Source: Nemertoderma westbladi (taxonomy: Eukaryota; Animalia; Xenacoelomorpha). From it: a stretch of DNA of 64,000 nucleotides. The position numbers and the translations under genes are program-made. This document shows positions 61,064 through 64,000 of this stretch, piece after piece (the stretch's first letter is position 1; the number at the start of each line of letters is the position of its first letter). The notes under the pieces are model-generated. The model did not search any database. It saw nothing but the letters and a program-made list of their open reading frames with translations, and was not told the origin of the DNA. The stretch covers positions 52,590 through 116,589 of the forward strand of contig JAUCBJ010006780.1 of the NCBI GenBank assembly GCA_032718475.1, written 5' to 3'.

Positions 61064-62948
61064 TGTTACGGTATATGGCGCTGTATCCACATATATTAGT
61101 CCGTTATACTGTACGCAATATTAGTCCGTTATACTGTATGTAATATTAGTCCGTTGTGCAGCATAATATTTTAGATAAGATATAATAGCGAGGTGATATT
61201 TAGATAGGGAAACCAAAACGCCCATATATTTGAATCCATCCATTTTGTATAATATGTAGCCCTACCTACGTAATTTTGTATTAGGATATATGTAGATAGT
61301 TCCAGGGTAGCAAGTTTAGTCGGACCCTGGATTTCGTGCTTGCTGATATTAGCTTCAATAGGGCTAGCATATAGGGACGCTGTCCTGGCCATTCAGCAGC
61401 CAGGGACATGATCCATTACCATATATGGTAATAATTTGAGGTTTGGGCAGCAATAGGGCTACAATCCGGCCTCCTTATTGGACTAACTGCTTCCAGCTTG
61501 GTCTAATGCTAGCGCGGACTGGAGAGCCAATAGGAGAGCGATTGAGTCACCCTATTGCATCACCCCATCCGGATCACCTATAAATTGGCGGTTTGGCGGT
61601 AGAGCTGTATCTATACCTTACAATCCACACCCTTGTACTTGCTGAGCTTTCCCTATTCACCTTTTGACGGATATTTTAGCGTATTTCTGCAATTTGCTAT
61701 TTTCGATTAATTTCTCAAAATGATTTGCTAGTGCGATTATTCTTGATTGTGTTTCTCAATTAATCCCATCGATTACTGCTAATTACAACTGGAACTATGA
61801 TTTCTACCTTTTGTTAATGGTTCTATGTGATTCCTTTCTACGCAATAATCCTAAGGGATTTCTGAGACTGTCAGACTTTGTGATTTGCATGCGCCGCTAC
61901 GGTAGCTATTAGCATAATGGAGGGCTAAGGTGCCAGTGGGCGGTGGGCACATCGGGGGGTTGAGCGACTAAGGGAGAGCGGAGGATTCAAAAGCGAGCAA
62001 CGCTGGCGGGGGGTCACCGTTGCGGTCGGGTAGTTCACGCTGTGGTATGCAGACCATTCGCCGGTACAGTAATTAGGGGGCTGATGATCCAGGTTTCGTC
62101 TCTATTTAGTATTAGGGGGGCAGGAATCAGGTTAGTTAGGAGTCCTATATGTACCCGGGAGAGGCCTGCACGTATCACAACGTGGAGTGTGAAGTACGAA
62201 TAGTGAGTCGCATAACTGTGGGCTATACAGTAGTTAACTGCATAATTGCGAACTGTGATTGCTGACGCTGATTGGTGTGTTATTGAAGTGTGCCTACGAT
62301 TGTGAATGTTTAGGTAGGCGCCCCTTTTTCTTTGATTGATTTCTATTTCTTAGTTACAACAATTAGTTACTGATTAGGTCAAAGTAATACGGTAATTTAG
62401 GCTATTACTAGCGAAACCTGTTGCGTAATAAATTATAATTACGCATTCTGGACTCTTAGTAATTAGTACGCTGTTACATATTTGTGACTGTAATTGATTA
62501 GTAAAAATTAAGAATTAGTACGCAGCATTGCGGAGAGTAGCTAAGGTAATAATTAGAGTACTGTAAACTATTCACGCTGAGCGGTTATTTGCATTGGCGA
62601 GCAATCAGCTAGATCGCACTATTCGGTACACACAACATGCTAGTAATTTGCTGGCCTAAAGCCAGCTGCAGGCAAGTTTAGACCCAGAGCGGTACTACCC
62701 ACGTAGAGACAAATACTGTACCATTTTGATAATTTTAAATATTCTCGCATTCACACATACGATAGGGAACCCCCAGTATTCGCGATTAGAAAAGACGTAG
62801 GCAATAGCGTGCTTTAATAGTGATAGAATTAGGCGTAAGAATACTCTGAGTGCAAAGCCTCTCGCACTCGTCTTAAGTAAGCTTAGGGAGCCGACTCGGG
62901 TTTATTATTTTGGTTATTCCCGCGTGGCTCATAGATTCGAACAGTTAG
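61064..62948 (+). repeat. 3' LTR of Bel/Pao copy 2 (interrupted)
   Basis: Matches the 5' LTR up to TTCGAACAGTTAG, then switches abruptly to unrelated sequence. Confidence 0.9.
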
Positions 62949-64000
62949 TGTTCGCGCTTTTGAAGACCTTTAGCAGTTTAACCTGCCAAAATTTATATGT
63001 CTTTTAGTTAATTAAAACACCTTTAGCATACGACAATATTTTATGCTAATAAACAAAACATTAGCCGAAGCCAGCCCATGCGCGATCATTCACCCGATGG
63101 ATACACCCGGGAGGCTGAATTCGGATGCTTAAATTTTATTATTGCAGTGTAAGGTTGCAGTGTAAACCTACTGTATTATTCGATTGATCGTTAATAATTA
63201 ATTTCTGACAGATATTATTGGCTTTCGGGAAATATTAACAGTTCCTTTTGGACGTGGCGCTCTATCTATTTAAACAGAGCTAGGACTTATACTAAACGCA
63301 ACGATAATGCTTATAATTAAAGTATAAGGCGCATTCTTTAGGAAATGCTTTGTTACCAATCACAATCATGCACACTATTCTGCCGACCGTCAGTATATTT
63401 GATCACACATAAAGAGAACAGCAATTGACTCATGTAGTGTCTGCTAAATAACATTAGATTCAATACACACCACATTGATATAAATCGCAATTGTTATATA
63501 TAGCCTGTCTCTCTAACCTGTAGTGTATCAAGAAAATTGGGAATTTTGGGTGATTTATCCGTATTCTCCAAAGGGCAATATTTCATCAACAAATCTATAC
63601 AATTAATAACTGACGGTAAATAACAGTACAATCAATATGATTAGTGCAGTTAAATTAAGTGAGATTAGTTAGGTAACAGTTATACTCTCTATAATTTAAG
63701 CAGTTTTACTAGAGTTCTTCCCAAAAGCCGGTGTTATGGCGAAAAATGGGAACACAACAACAGAATCATATGAAGAATCATATGACTACCTACTATACGA
63801 GGATACCAATTACCCTTATTCCCCGAAGCTCCCGTCCAACACAGAGGATGAGCATACAGATAGGAAATTCAGTTCAGTAGCTCTGGGATAGGTCAAAATC
63901 AACGCCCACTCAAATTCTATTGGCCGATACGGACAGCAGGGCTGAGGCAACCTCCCTAAGCTGGTTGGCCGATCGAACAGAACCCAGATACCTTCGTACA
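62949..64000. mobile_element. Insertion starting TGTTCGCG inside the 3' LTR; possibly the LTR of another element, perhaps antisense
   Basis: Sharp junction with a TG start; CCAAT-like boxes on the minus strand near 63920 and 63965; far end outside the window. Confidence 0.45.

Larger units (their letters stand above)
44089..62948 (+). mobile_element. Bel/Pao LTR retrotransposon, copy 2 (diverged subfamily; nested insertion; 3' LTR interrupted)
   Basis: Colinear with copy 1 throughout; 5' LTR 44089-46271; 3' LTR starts at 61064 and matches up to 62948. Confidence 0.95.

Overview
AT-rich eukaryotic (animal-like) genomic DNA made up almost entirely of transposable elements and repeats; no bacterial features. 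In order: a repeat-rich DNA-transposon-like fragment (1-2071); a head-to-tail array of four non-autonomous Helitron-like units carrying 146-bp internal repeats (about 2290-9130); a complete 20.1-kb Bel/Pao LTR retrotransposon with 2212-bp LTRs and a TCTTT target-site duplication (11791-31878); a tRNA-derived SINE; a defective minus-strand Gypsy (Mag-like) element with identical 109-bp LTRs; a 3.9-kb array of 45-bp units; an intronless Cys-rich secreted or GPI-type ORF; and a second, diverged copy of the Bel/Pao element (44089-62948) that holds a nested, truncated GalEa-like Copia and whose 3' LTR is interrupted by another insertion. The best candidate for a new system is this Bel/Pao family. 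It has no tRNA primer-binding site; the 12 nt after the 5' LTR are instead complementary to a site inside the LTR, with compensatory changes between the two copies (possible self-priming). It carries six dispersed CAAACC-YGYG-GGTTTG hairpins in all three reading frames and in non-coding DNA. It also encodes an extra, roughly 1235-aa non-Env protein with three CCHC zinc knuckles. All calls were made by eye, without database searches.
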